Shown here piece after piece: positions 18,352 to 28,168 of a stretch of DNA of 64,000 nt. Made by a program: the position numbers and the translations under genes. The stretch lies in IMG/VR virus record IMGVR_UViG_3300033153_006968, positions 1 to 64,000 of that record; one strand, given 5' to 3'. The number at the start of each line of letters is the position of its first letter. Within the stretch, counting starts at the first letter, position 1. The notes below the pieces were generated by a model. That model was not told the origin of the DNA and did not search any database. It was given only the letters and a program-made list of their open reading frames with translations. This DNA is from a virus.

Positions 18352-21300
18352 TAACTACTCGCATCAAACGTCTTTGCTATAAAGATATTGGGATTATCTA
18401 TTTCCTTAACTCCGATATCAACAGGACCAATAGGCTGACCAGATAATTGAGTCCAAGTTCCGTCTATATCCTTACCTCCAACAACAGAGATACGATAAAC
18501 AACACCAGTATCTAATCCTGTAATTGTATATGTATTCCCGCCAGCCGCATCAGGGAGTACAGAACCGTTTGCAACAGTCCAGGATTTTCCATCTACTGAA
18601 TAGTAAATGTAGTAGCTAATGTCAGCGCCATAGCTTGACCATGCTATTTGTATAGAATTAGCGTAGGGAATAATAGACGTTATTACAGGATCAACACCAT
18701 AAGCTTTTATCAGAGGATATACTCCCAACGCTGTGTGTTTATCTATAACTTCTGTTGCTCTCTTTTGAGTAGATATTCCGCCCGCGCCGGAGAAAGTTTC
18801 AACTGGAATTTCAACTAGATAAGAAGCGGTTCCTGGATAGGGTATGCCATCCCATTGTCCTATATCCCAATACCAATTGACCTCACTATTTGCTTCCTTC
18901 GCAGCGGAAAGTAAATCTTCTTTAATTCCTCCGCCAGGAATACGAGTATCTATAATAGTCGCATCGTCTATAGAAGAATCTATACCAACAGTCATCTCTC
19001 CTAAAGTTAGAAATGTGCCATCTCCTTCAGTACTTAAATCTGAAAGGAAAGTTGTGTAAATGGGAGAGGTAAGAATGGTGCCGGACTCTCCTGCGGTGAC
19101 AAAAAGACCATTGCTGTAAGTAATCCCAAGTAAGTCCTCGGCAGTTCCACTAATTTGACGAGTCCAAGTTGTTCCATCTAAAGAAGTTAAGATAGTGCCA
19201 TCGTCTGTAGTAATTGTAAAAAGACCATTGCCATAAGCAGCAGCATATATCCATGAACTAACTCCAGTAGGATAACTAGTCCAATCGATTCCATTTGAAG
19301 AAACGAGGACAACGTTAGACCAGGTGATTACTACAAAAAGACCATCGCCATAGGTAGCTCCGTATAAAGTTGAGACTAGTCCACTAGTCTGGCTAGTCCA
19401 AGTTTCTCCGTCTGAAGAAGTGAGGATTTTGCCACCAGAGCCAACAACTACAAAAAGATCACTGCCATAGGTAATTCCGTTTAAGCTTACGCCTAGTCCA
19501 CTAGTCTGGCTAGTCCAAGTTTCTCCGTCTGGAGAAGTGAGAATAACTCCACCGTCACCAACTGCTACAAAAAGATCGTTGCCGTAAGTAACTCCGTATA
19601 TCTCGTTGACTGCCTCGCTAGTCTGGCTAGTCCAAGTTTCTCCATCTGAAGAAGTGAGAATAACTCCGTCATCACCAACTACTACAAAAATACCGTTGCC
19701 ATAAGTAACGGCACGGAGAGGCGTGGTTACTCCACTAGTCTGACTAGTCCAAGTTTTTCCGTCTGGAGAGGTGAGGATTTTGCCATTGAAGCCGACTATC
19801 ATAAAAAGACCGTTGCCATAAGTAACTCCAAGTAAATATCCAGTATATCCACTGGTCCGACTAGTCCAATCGACAGGGACAGCGTCAGCAAAACCAACGC
19901 TAGGACTAAAGTCAACTAGAGAAGAAGCGAAAGAAGATTCATAAACTAATATACGTCCATCATCTAACAGTTTAGTGTCGTCACTAAAACTAGAATAATT
20001 AGACTCTATTACTTGCCCCTTTTTATCTACGATTAAATAACTCAATGTTCTAGATTCGTCTTCTGTCAGTTCTTCCGAGTCGACAAAGAGTACTACTTTC
20101 TGCTCATAAATGTCTAAGTTGTGTGTTGGGTTAAAGTCAATCAGAGTAAATTCATACTCTTCTTCCTCAAAAGAATAGCTTGAAATAATCTCATAATTGC
20201 TCTTTAGGTTAACTCCTACAATGTCTAAAATTCCATTAACGCTATCTATACTTCTAATACCTGTCTGATTAGAATAAGAATACTTTGAAAATGTAGAACC
20301 ATTGCTAGCTATCGTTGCATCTTTAGACGAGTCGGTGGTAAAAGCCGCTACCGCTTCGCCTACTTCGTTATTTATTAATACGTCTACATAAAGGGAATCG
20401 CTGCTACTTTGATATATATTTTTTCTATTTAGTTTAATTAATTTCTTAGAAAGGTAGGTAGACTTTTCCTCTTCGGTTTTTTTATAGGGACCTACTGGAT
20501 TCCAATTCTGAGTATCGAACTCTGCAATGTGATACCTATATGTAGTCCCAGATACGGTGGCAAAAAAACTTCCGTTCAATATTCTTGCAAACCAAGGAAT
20601 GTCAACGTCCAAATCGTCAAAAGGTTCTATCTTTATCTTAGAATTGTTTTTTATTTTATATGCGTAATTTGTAGAGGTAGGTAAGACAACATCAAAATCC
20701 TGACCAATCCGATTGGCGAGAAAAACTTTACGTCCGTCATTGATGATATTCAGCTCTTCGTCTAAATCACTAAATAAAGCTTCTGTGTAGATGTCTTGGT
20801 TGTAAAATATCTCTGTATAATACTTGATGATATTGCTCGCATCTTTAACAGAGTATTGTACATAGCGAATAAGATTTAGAGCGTTACGTACGGCAGAAAA
20901 ATCGTTGTAAATAATACCTTCATCATAGTCAATGTCCAAATTAAGATTTTCGAGCACGTTCATATTCTGATCCAGTATCTCTACGTTCGTAAGGACTATA
21001 TTCTCAGCAAGATCCATATCGGAAGTTGAAACTCTTGGTAAATTAGTTGTATCTAGAATGTGCTGATAAAACAAAGGGAGAGATTCAGACAAACCTTGGA
21101 TTGATATAAATTGATCTGTGATGAGTAATCTATCTGATTCTGCAGTGAAAAAGTTTCTAGACTCAACTATTGTAAAGTCGTCAGTAAATTCTGATCCATT
21201 AGCCACTAGAGAACTTGACTTATCTACAACGGAAACGACGTTATCAGCTCCAAATATGTCAGAAGCAAAATAGGATACATTTGTATCTTCATCTGTTGTT

Positions 21301-21377
21301 AATCTTTTATAGGCAATGTTTTCCCGCCGACGAAAGATATTTAACAGTATGTCAGTATCATATTGAACCGCTGTCAT
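18351..21377 (-). CDS. Virion protein with 7-repeat BNR/Asp-box beta-propeller and C-terminal FN3 domain
   Basis: Seven (V/I/A)TYG.GLF..VG..G.ILTS.DG.TWT repeats; IAWS...YYIYYS...YTITGLDTGVVYRISV FN3 pattern. Confidence 0.75.
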   Translation of the reverse strand: MTAVQYDTDILLNIFRRRENIAYKRLTTDEDTNVSYFASDIFGADNVVSVVDKSSSLVANGSEFTDDFTIVESRNFFTAESDRLLITDQFISIQGLSESLPLFYQHILDTTNLPRVSTSDMDLAENIVLTNVEILDQNMNVLENLNLDIDYDEGIIYNDFSAVRNALNLIRYVQYSVKDASNIIKYYTEIFYNQDIYTEALFSDLDEELNIINDGRKVFLANRIGQDFDVVLPTSTNYAYKIKNNSKIKIEPFDDLDVDIPWFARILNGSFFATVSGTTYRYHIAEFDTQNWNPVGPYKKTEEEKSTYLSKKLIKLNRKNIYQSSSDSLYVDVLINNEVGEAVAAFTTDSSKDATIASNGSTFSKYSYSNQTGIRSIDSVNGILDIVGVNLKSNYEIISSYSFEEEEYEFTLIDFNPTHNLDIYEQKVVLFVDSEELTEDESRTLSYLIVDKKGQVIESNYSSFSDDTKLLDDGRILVYESSFASSLVDFSPSVGFADAVPVDWTSRTSGYTGYLLGVTYGNGLFMIVGFNGKILTSPDGKTWTSQTSGVTTPLRAVTYGNGIFVVVGDDGVILTSSDGETWTSQTSEAVNEIYGVTYGNDLFVAVGDGGVILTSPDGETWTSQTSGLGVSLNGITYGSDLFVVVGSGGKILTSSDGETWTSQTSGLVSTLYGATYGDGLFVVITWSNVVLVSSNGIDWTSYPTGVSSWIYAAAYGNGLFTITTDDGTILTSLDGTTWTRQISGTAEDLLGITYSNGLFVTAGESGTILTSPIYTTFLSDLSTEGDGTFLTLGEMTVGIDSSIDDATIIDTRIPGGGIKEDLLSAAKEANSEVNWYWDIGQWDGIPYPGTASYLVEIPVETFSGAGGISTQKRATEVIDKHTALGVYPLIKAYGVDPVITSIIPYANSIQIAWSSYGADISYYIYYSVDGKSWTVANGSVLPDAAGGNTYTITGLDTGVVYRISVVGGKDIDGTWTQLSGQPIGPVDIGVKEIDNPNIFIAKTFDASS
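19062..19875 (-). repeat. Coding tandem repeat, about 7 x 117 bp (39 aa)
   Basis: ccactagtctggctagtccaagtttctccgtctg recurs at 19381 and 19498, with related copies at 117-bp spacing. Confidence 0.9.
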
Positions 21378-21378
21378 A

Positions 21379-23241
21379 TTAGTCTATCTGTGCCCAACTC
21401 CCATTTAGATAACAATACAGATGATGATCGGTACTATTTACATACACGTCTCCCTCGACACCAACAGTAGGCTCAGTGTCTTGAGGAACAATACGAAGAG
21501 CAGGATGGTTAGGAGTAGTAGTATCACTTTCAGCAACTATGCCATAATTGGTTGTGCTTCGGCCCCATATGCCTATTTCTCCACCGTCTGACCATCCAAA
21601 CACGCCCGCAATGCCTCCCGATGGAGCGTAACCTTCTACGCCATATGTCGTCTCGCTCGTACCATATACGCCAGCAACGTCTGTACTCGATCCCTTAAGT
21701 CCATAACCGTTTGTACTATATCCCCACAGCCCTATCCCGGTAGGATTGTTTGCGATTAGGGCGTCAAAAGGAGATGCGAGATATAGTAATGCTCTTTGAC
21801 TATCTGGATCTCCAAAAAGAATACTGCGACTATTCGCAGAATCGTTTAAATAATTTCCGTCTACAGCTACGGTAGATGCCATTACCAAGTTACCAAGCAT
21901 AGCATTGTCGTTTACATCTCTATTTCTTCCACCTGAAGTTCCTGGACTCCCTGCGCGAGAAAGAAGAGAAATATGATCGTCGTGAGCCCACCTACTTGGA
22001 GCCCAAGCGGGAACATCTGTAGGATACTGGTTGTTATGGTTAGAACCAGTGTATGCACTTGGTGGTGGATTGAGATTAGTTAGTTTGCTGTGTTCCATTA
22101 GTGAAGAAAAGTCACCTTCGTTCCCGTGCGTATGGTTCATGAATGCATTAGAAAGAGTCCAAAAAGAACGAGCCAACGGAGAACCTACAGCAATAACAAC
22201 ATAATCTGTCTGATTATAACTGACCTCTGTTTCGTCGGTAGTTACATCAGATGCAAAACTCACAGCACTACTTGAAACTTCAAAAACCCATTCCTTCGTA
22301 GCGTCAGGACCTCTCTTGAACACGGCATCAGCTATGATAGTTCCAGAACCTCTATCCCAGAGATAAAGAAATCCTGCAGGAAGAGTATCTCCTTCTGTCA
22401 TTGCGCTCAACTGAGCCTTTAACTCTTTAGGTAAACTATATCTATAAAATGCATCAACGAGAGCAGACGTAGTAGGATCTTGCCAAAGATGTTTGCTACC
22501 CTCTGTCGCTACGGTAGCGTCATAGTTATCGCTTAAATCACCAACAGGAGGATATCTTTCAGGTAAGGACCATCCATCAAAAGGGCCATTGTCAAAGTCT
22601 GTAGCAGAGGCATGGGACAAAGGACATCTCGGAGGCAAATGGATATAATACTTCGCGCCGGACTGAGAAATCTTACAACTTGTATAGTCGGCTTGTCTTG
22701 GATCTGGAATAACTCCAGGTAATGTTTCTGTTCTTGTATTCCATTCTGTAGTATCAACTGTATAACTAACTTCGTCAGCAGCGACTAATGCGTCAAAAGA
22801 GATGAGTCTACCAGTATCTACATCTACCCAATAATCTCCAGTCGCATCTACGTCATACTTATTTGATTTGAGAGAAGTGAGTGTAGTCCCTGCCGTAATT
22901 GCAATTGTGGCAGATTTAGGTTTAAATTGAAGATAAATTTCATTCTGACCGGCGAATTTAGTCCCAATATTATCTACATAAATAAAATCTTCATCTACCG
23001 GATAGAAACAAGGATTGAGATATTTGTTCTGACCAATCGTTCTAGCAAGATTAGGAAGTTGTAGAGGAAAGGTAAAGAGAAGACTGTCTCCAGACTGATT
23101 CCATAAGTCACCGACTGCTTTCTCGATCGTATTCGTAGCAGCGCGTAACTGATGATTAATAGCAGTTACCTTGTGAGCAGTAGGCTGTTCTCCGTCTGCA
23201 AAAGTTATTGTTAGTGTTGCCGTCCGTCTCAGTTTGTCCAT
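21379..23241 (-). CDS. Tail fibre-like protein
   Basis: N-terminal FADGEQPTAHK anchor motif; HTH and HDDH motifs; C-terminal G(V/L)YG.S repeats and EGDVYVNSTDHHLYCY.NGSW end. Confidence 0.7.
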   Translation of the reverse strand: MDKLRRTATLTITFADGEQPTAHKVTAINHQLRAATNTIEKAVGDLWNQSGDSLLFTFPLQLPNLARTIGQNKYLNPCFYPVDEDFIYVDNIGTKFAGQNEIYLQFKPKSATIAITAGTTLTSLKSNKYDVDATGDYWVDVDTGRLISFDALVAADEVSYTVDTTEWNTRTETLPGVIPDPRQADYTSCKISQSGAKYYIHLPPRCPLSHASATDFDNGPFDGWSLPERYPPVGDLSDNYDATVATEGSKHLWQDPTTSALVDAFYRYSLPKELKAQLSAMTEGDTLPAGFLYLWDRGSGTIIADAVFKRGPDATKEWVFEVSSSAVSFASDVTTDETEVSYNQTDYVVIAVGSPLARSFWTLSNAFMNHTHGNEGDFSSLMEHSKLTNLNPPPSAYTGSNHNNQYPTDVPAWAPSRWAHDDHISLLSRAGSPGTSGGRNRDVNDNAMLGNLVMASTVAVDGNYLNDSANSRSILFGDPDSQRALLYLASPFDALIANNPTGIGLWGYSTNGYGLKGSSTDVAGVYGTSETTYGVEGYAPSGGIAGVFGWSDGGEIGIWGRSTTNYGIVAESDTTTPNHPALRIVPQDTEPTVGVEGDVYVNSTDHHLYCYLNGSWAQID

Positions 23242-23272
23242 TTAAATACCCTCTACCTCCAATTATACCTCA

Positions 23273-26200
23273 TTAACCCACTTCATACAGACCACTTGGT
23301 AATGGATCGTTCAAGTCTAGGAAAACGCGCTGATCTAGTACAGACGCTATTTCGCTATTATCATCTTTCAATCTATATCCAATAGGTGTCATATTAGGAG
23401 CAACTCCAGAGAACGTATATCCATCTAAATCAACAGACCTAGTATCTAATTTCCTCGTTCTTCTAAACCAAGTTACGTAATCTTCATAAGTTAAACCATA
23501 GTCTGGCTGGAATGTATAATCAGTTTGCTCTCCAGAACTAAGTCTAATCTCATCATAATAACCAAGAGCGCTAAAATTTCCACCAAGGTCCACAACTTCA
23601 GCTCCAATACCAGAAGCGGCAAATCCAGCTACATATTCTAATCCAGAAGTTATAGTCTGAGGAATGTTGTTGAAAGGTATATTGTCGGAATTAATGATAG
23701 AAATATTATCTACCCAAACATCTAAATCAAGCTGTCCGCTATTGAGAACTACGTCATCTGGACTAAAGTCCCAAGACATTTTGATCTGATGCCAATAACC
23801 GTCTGTTAAATTAGTGCTGTCTAATCTATAGGCTCTTTGACTCGCTATTCCAGCAGTCTGTCCACTCGCCATCCAGTCAAAGAATACATATGGAGTAACG
23901 CCGATTTTTTCTGCGCGGATAATAATTCCATCATAACCTATCGGACTCGTACCATCCTCTAGAGTGGTAGAACTTTGTCCAACAAGATAATTAAGATATT
24001 CCGCATTAGAGCCTGAACCCAATTGATAATCTGCGTAAGGAGTCTTGTAATGTAACTCAAGAGTTCCTTTGTTCATATCTAGATATTCAGGCACTAGACC
24101 ACTAGCCATTACACAATCGCTAGATACGGCAACACTAAGAGACTGAGTATTAAAAGCATTTGTAGTAATAAAAGAAGTTCCATAATCAGTTCCGTCTACA
24201 CCACTGGGGCTAGCATCTGTGTAATCTCCATCAAAACGATACAAAACTCTTGAAGGAGGATCTGTTATCGTTAATTCTTTATACTCTTTGATAGTAGTAG
24301 GTAGTCTTTCATTAAGATAGTAATCCCATAATTCACCTGACGTAGCTATGATAGTGGCATCTGGTAAAGCATTAACGTCATAAGGTCTATTAAATAGATT
24401 GGTAGGTATATCCGCCGAAGAAGTAAAGAAAAATACCCCATCAGATTTCTCAGGAACGTTAGTGTCAAGATTTATAGTATTCGAATAAGTCTTCTTTCTC
24501 GTTTTGTTATTTGTTATGTACGCTCTAGCTCTATCTCCGCCTTCAACGGCAATAAAGAAAGATCTAACATCGCCGGCAAATGGATCTTCTCCATCACTAG
24601 CATAAATTAGCTGAAGAATAGGATTATCAGATGTTCCAATGTTCTGATGGTGGATAGGCCATATAGGAGAGTTAATAAAATCTATAGAGATAAAATAAAT
24701 AGTTCCGCCAGTTCCAACAACTACATAATTCCCATCGTTATGTCCAACTCCATGAAGATTAACAGATCCATTTACACCTGTAAGAACAGTCCAATTACCA
24801 GTTCCGTCTGGAGAACTCATTATGACGTTGCTATTAGCTGAAGTAACGAAAAGTCCAGAACCGTAATCAATTCCCTTAAATCCGTAACCAGCAACCGTTG
24901 CAGAATCCCAGCTATCTCCGTCCGAAGAGGTGATTATGGACCCTATTCCAACAAGTAAAAAGAAACCATCTGCATAAATACCATCATAATAATCTTGTTC
25001 CACAGGAGCTGACTTTGGAGTCCAGCTACTCCCGCCATCTGAAGAAACTGATAAATTCCCTTCTTGACTCCCAACTACCCATACGCCATTGCCATATGTG
25101 ATACAAAGGCAATCCTGTGCAATTCCTACATTGTCGCTAGACCAACTAATTCCGCTATCTGACGATTTGTATACCTCGCCCGAAAACGAAGATGCTATCC
25201 AAAGACCACTGCCATAAGCAACGTCGAATATCCCACTTCTGTCACCAGCTCCGGCAGATTCGCTCCAATCAATTCCGTTCGACGAAGTTAGGATTATCCC
25301 ACTATCTCCGCCTGCAACAAATATGCCGTTTGCGAAATGAATGCCATCAAAATCTTCACCCGATGTTCCGCTAGTTCTAGCTGTCCAGACTTTTCCATCT
25401 AAAGATGTTAATATGGTGTCATTATTTCCAACTGCCACCCAAAGACCTGCTCCATAAGTAACTTCATTCAAGTCTTCGCTCGTTCCGCTAGTCTGCGAAG
25501 AAGGTATTAAACCATTTTGCTCAATCCCAAAATGAGGACTTATAACTCCCGAATCAGAATCATATAGCAGAACTTTCCTTCCCGTTCCAGTATTAGACGA
25601 GAGGGTATCGTCAAAGGTTACAGGCTCTTCAAGGCCAAACATATCTCTGTAATCTTTCTCAAAATCTAACCCCGACTGAAGAGAAGTAGATACGCCCATA
25701 GGGGTAACTTCGAATTCTTCATCTGTAATATAATCTGTATAATAATCGTCTAAACCACTAGCTGGAATCCCGATAGAATCGTCGTTATCGTAAACGGCAT
25801 AGATGAGAACCCCACTAGGACTAGTCGGTTCAAACAGATTTGCTATCTCATATATATTGTAATCACCGCTTACAGTCACATCTTGAGTGAATCGACCTAC
25901 ACTCTCAAAATTGGCAGGTGGACTATAGATGACCTTTGCTTGACCACTTGCGTCCGTCAAAGAATTGTCTAAGTTAGCAGAACCCACAGAAGGATCCAGT
26001 ATCTCAAAGCCAACATTGACACCCTCGATAACTCGACCCTCAATATCTTTAACCGTCGCTACAAGGTTGCCTACAGATCCGCCAACCTCTGTCTGGTAGT
26101 CAGATCCAGTCTCGTAGCTTGCTTCAAGAATTATAGAGGCAGGCTCAGTATCGTTCATTGTGGCTAGAACGAATCCAGCGTCAAACGGATTGTGGATAGG

Positions 26201-27268
26201 ATTAGTATCTGCATCATAAGCCGCTGTAAAATCTCTGCTCTTCTCAGGTTCATATTCAACTACCAATCCAGAAGTGTAACGCGAGATTACTTTCGATCCG
26301 GCTTCCGGCATGCATCCAGACCAGAATGCAACAACGCCCAACATGTCGTCAACCTTACATTCGTAAGGCCATTCCGCTTCGCCTACAGGTTCGTTAAATA
26401 CTTGATTACTGTCTATTTTATTCCACCAGGTATAAGCGCCAGAAGAAACATAAGACATTATCTCTACCTGGCCAGAAGGATCTACTGGAGAATATCTGAA
26501 GTTATAAACTTCTTGAGTTCCGTCAGAGACACCGACTAACTCATAGCTGTCAAATTCGCCGGAAGCGGCAATAATATCTTGATAGCCTTGATCTACAAAA
26601 ATGCGAGGAGTGGCACTATAATCATAATCGACAACAAATTCTTCTTGCCCCGAAGCCATATTGTGAAACGCGATAGTTCCGTCGTCGTTTAATGTATCGG
26701 CATCATCTTCGCCCGTGAATTCAACTTTCTTACGCAAGTTGATATCAATCTCATATTCTCTTTTGGTCTTATCGAAAACATATCGCCTAACATTAACCGG
26801 AACACCGGGCTTAGGTTTGTAGTCAAGGTTGATATATTGAACGCCACTCTGTGTCTGATTGTGGTAGAAATGCTCCAGTCTAAGATCGTCGCTGAATAGA
26901 TACCATTCCGTATTTCTGTCATAAAAATGTCCGTGGTGTATCTTAGGAATCCACAACTCGTCATTCTCAACTACTGAATCTTCGACAGAAAGAAGAAGAA
27001 GATCGTTATTATCTCCAATGCCAGACTGCCAATAATCGTAGGTAAGCCAGGAAGAAACTGGATCCCAAACGACAGGAGCAGATTCAGTTGCATTCAGCTC
27101 TCTATCAGTAGGCCATACTTTTTTATCCCACTGCCAGCCCTGAACTAATTTGCCAGAACCAGGATGCTTTACGTCCGTATATCTTGATTGGAAACCTATA
27201 GATAAATCTTTAGATCCGCTGTAATAGATATGTAGGATAACGTCGTTGTCTACTGAATAATTACTCAT
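23273..27268 (-). CDS. Large virion appendage protein: Big-1-type Ig domain, BNR beta-propeller, LamG/ConA-like domain
   Basis: LVATVKD.EG..IEGVNVGF...TDASGQAKVIY; diverged propeller repeats (~24700-25500); LYRFDG...DGYWHQI...GYYDEIRLS. Confidence 0.7.
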   Translation of the reverse strand: MSNYSVDNDVILHIYYSGSKDLSIGFQSRYTDVKHPGSGKLVQGWQWDKKVWPTDRELNATESAPVVWDPVSSWLTYDYWQSGIGDNNDLLLLSVEDSVVENDELWIPKIHHGHFYDRNTEWYLFSDDLRLEHFYHNQTQSGVQYINLDYKPKPGVPVNVRRYVFDKTKREYEIDINLRKKVEFTGEDDADTLNDDGTIAFHNMASGQEEFVVDYDYSATPRIFVDQGYQDIIAASGEFDSYELVGVSDGTQEVYNFRYSPVDPSGQVEIMSYVSSGAYTWWNKIDSNQVFNEPVGEAEWPYECKVDDMLGVVAFWSGCMPEAGSKVISRYTSGLVVEYEPEKSRDFTAAYDADTNPIHNPFDAGFVLATMNDTEPASIILEASYETGSDYQTEVGGSVGNLVATVKDIEGRVIEGVNVGFEILDPSVGSANLDNSLTDASGQAKVIYSPPANFESVGRFTQDVTVSGDYNIYEIANLFEPTSPSGVLIYAVYDNDDSIGIPASGLDDYYTDYITDEEFEVTPMGVSTSLQSGLDFEKDYRDMFGLEEPVTFDDTLSSNTGTGRKVLLYDSDSGVISPHFGIEQNGLIPSSQTSGTSEDLNEVTYGAGLWVAVGNNDTILTSLDGKVWTARTSGTSGEDFDGIHFANGIFVAGGDSGIILTSSNGIDWSESAGAGDRSGIFDVAYGSGLWIASSFSGEVYKSSDSGISWSSDNVGIAQDCLCITYGNGVWVVGSQEGNLSVSSDGGSSWTPKSAPVEQDYYDGIYADGFFLLVGIGSIITSSDGDSWDSATVAGYGFKGIDYGSGLFVTSANSNVIMSSPDGTGNWTVLTGVNGSVNLHGVGHNDGNYVVVGTGGTIYFISIDFINSPIWPIHHQNIGTSDNPILQLIYASDGEDPFAGDVRSFFIAVEGGDRARAYITNNKTRKKTYSNTINLDTNVPEKSDGVFFFTSSADIPTNLFNRPYDVNALPDATIIATSGELWDYYLNERLPTTIKEYKELTITDPPSRVLYRFDGDYTDASPSGVDGTDYGTSFITTNAFNTQSLSVAVSSDCVMASGLVPEYLDMNKGTLELHYKTPYADYQLGSGSNAEYLNYLVGQSSTTLEDGTSPIGYDGIIIRAEKIGVTPYVFFDWMASGQTAGIASQRAYRLDSTNLTDGYWHQIKMSWDFSPDDVVLNSGQLDLDVWVDNISIINSDNIPFNNIPQTITSGLEYVAGFAASGIGAEVVDLGGNFSALGYYDEIRLSSGEQTDYTFQPDYGLTYEDYVTWFRRTRKLDTRSVDLDGYTFSGVAPNMTPIGYRLKDDNSEIASVLDQRVFLDLNDPLPSGLYEVG

Positions 27269-28168
27269 CTATGGCCCAACTGAGATTCCCGTAATACTCA
27301 ATAGTTCATTCACAAAATCTGCACCAAGTTCCTTGGGCGCTCCATTGATTGTATCCCCATCACTATCTGTAATCTGCTCAAACATTTTAGTCTTGAAGTC
27401 GTCAGACTGTAGGTTGTGTACAATCACTGGGCTTGCCCATACTTTAAAATCGTCATTTCTATATTTATATCTTATTGCCGATCCTGGAGAAGGACTTTCT
27501 GTAGTATAGATTATTCCATTTAAATAATCAATATAATATTGTCCAGCTCTTACAAGTTCTATTTGCGTATCAACTCTACTTACTAGATTAGAGCTAGAAA
27601 CAGAAACAGAGTCAGAAAATAATTTATTATGATTTAAATTAATTACTGCGCCAGAGGTAGATAAATCCTCAGAGACAATAAGTTCAACAGAGCTTTGATC
27701 GTAAATCGTCATCGAACGTGTACTACTACTAACTCCGCTCTTAATACTTGCTGAAAAATAACCTGTTGCTTGAATAGAGGTAAGTAGTTCTGAATAATTA
27801 TATGCTCCGTCATCATGGTCGTATCTGTCAATAGTTGCAGCTAACCCACTAGTGCTATCAGTATAGTCGCTATACACATAGCATTTCGTTTCCTCAAATA
27901 TGATTGCCGGATTGCTCCCCAAAGAGTCTCCATCAGAGTCTAACACCGGAGTAATAGTCATAGCTTGAAACATATTTAGTCCAAGCTCTCTTGTGATAGC
28001 GTAAACCAATCCAAGACGATCTGAACCAGCTCTATGAACAAAGACATCAAAGAGACGCTGCTTATATGCGTCATTTTTTTCACCAGAAAGACGAACCAGA
28101 TCTAGTAATAGACCCATGTTGTCCAACTCGTTATGGACTTGCCATTGCTCTGGAGTATAAGTTGCCAT
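27269..28168 (-). CDS. Baseplate wedge subunit (gpI-like N-terminus)
   Basis: LDNMGLLLDLVRLSGEKNDAYKQRL matches the LD..G....R..GE....Y..R wedge motif; position after J-like gene. Confidence 0.65.
   Translation of the reverse strand: MATYTPEQWQVHNELDNMGLLLDLVRLSGEKNDAYKQRLFDVFVHRAGSDRLGLVYAITRELGLNMFQAMTITPVLDSDGDSLGSNPAIIFEETKCYVYSDYTDSTSGLAATIDRYDHDDGAYNYSELLTSIQATGYFSASIKSGVSSSTRSMTIYDQSSVELIVSEDLSTSGAVINLNHNKLFSDSVSVSSSNLVSRVDTQIELVRAGQYYIDYLNGIIYTTESPSPGSAIRYKYRNDDFKVWASPVIVHNLQSDDFKTKMFEQITDSDGDTINGAPKELGADFVNELLSITGISVGP

Noticed and set aside
19062-19875. Regularly spaced repeats as a CRISPR array
   Set aside because: Period is 117 bp (39 codons) inside an ORF, the intervening parts are homologous to each other, and there are no cas genes
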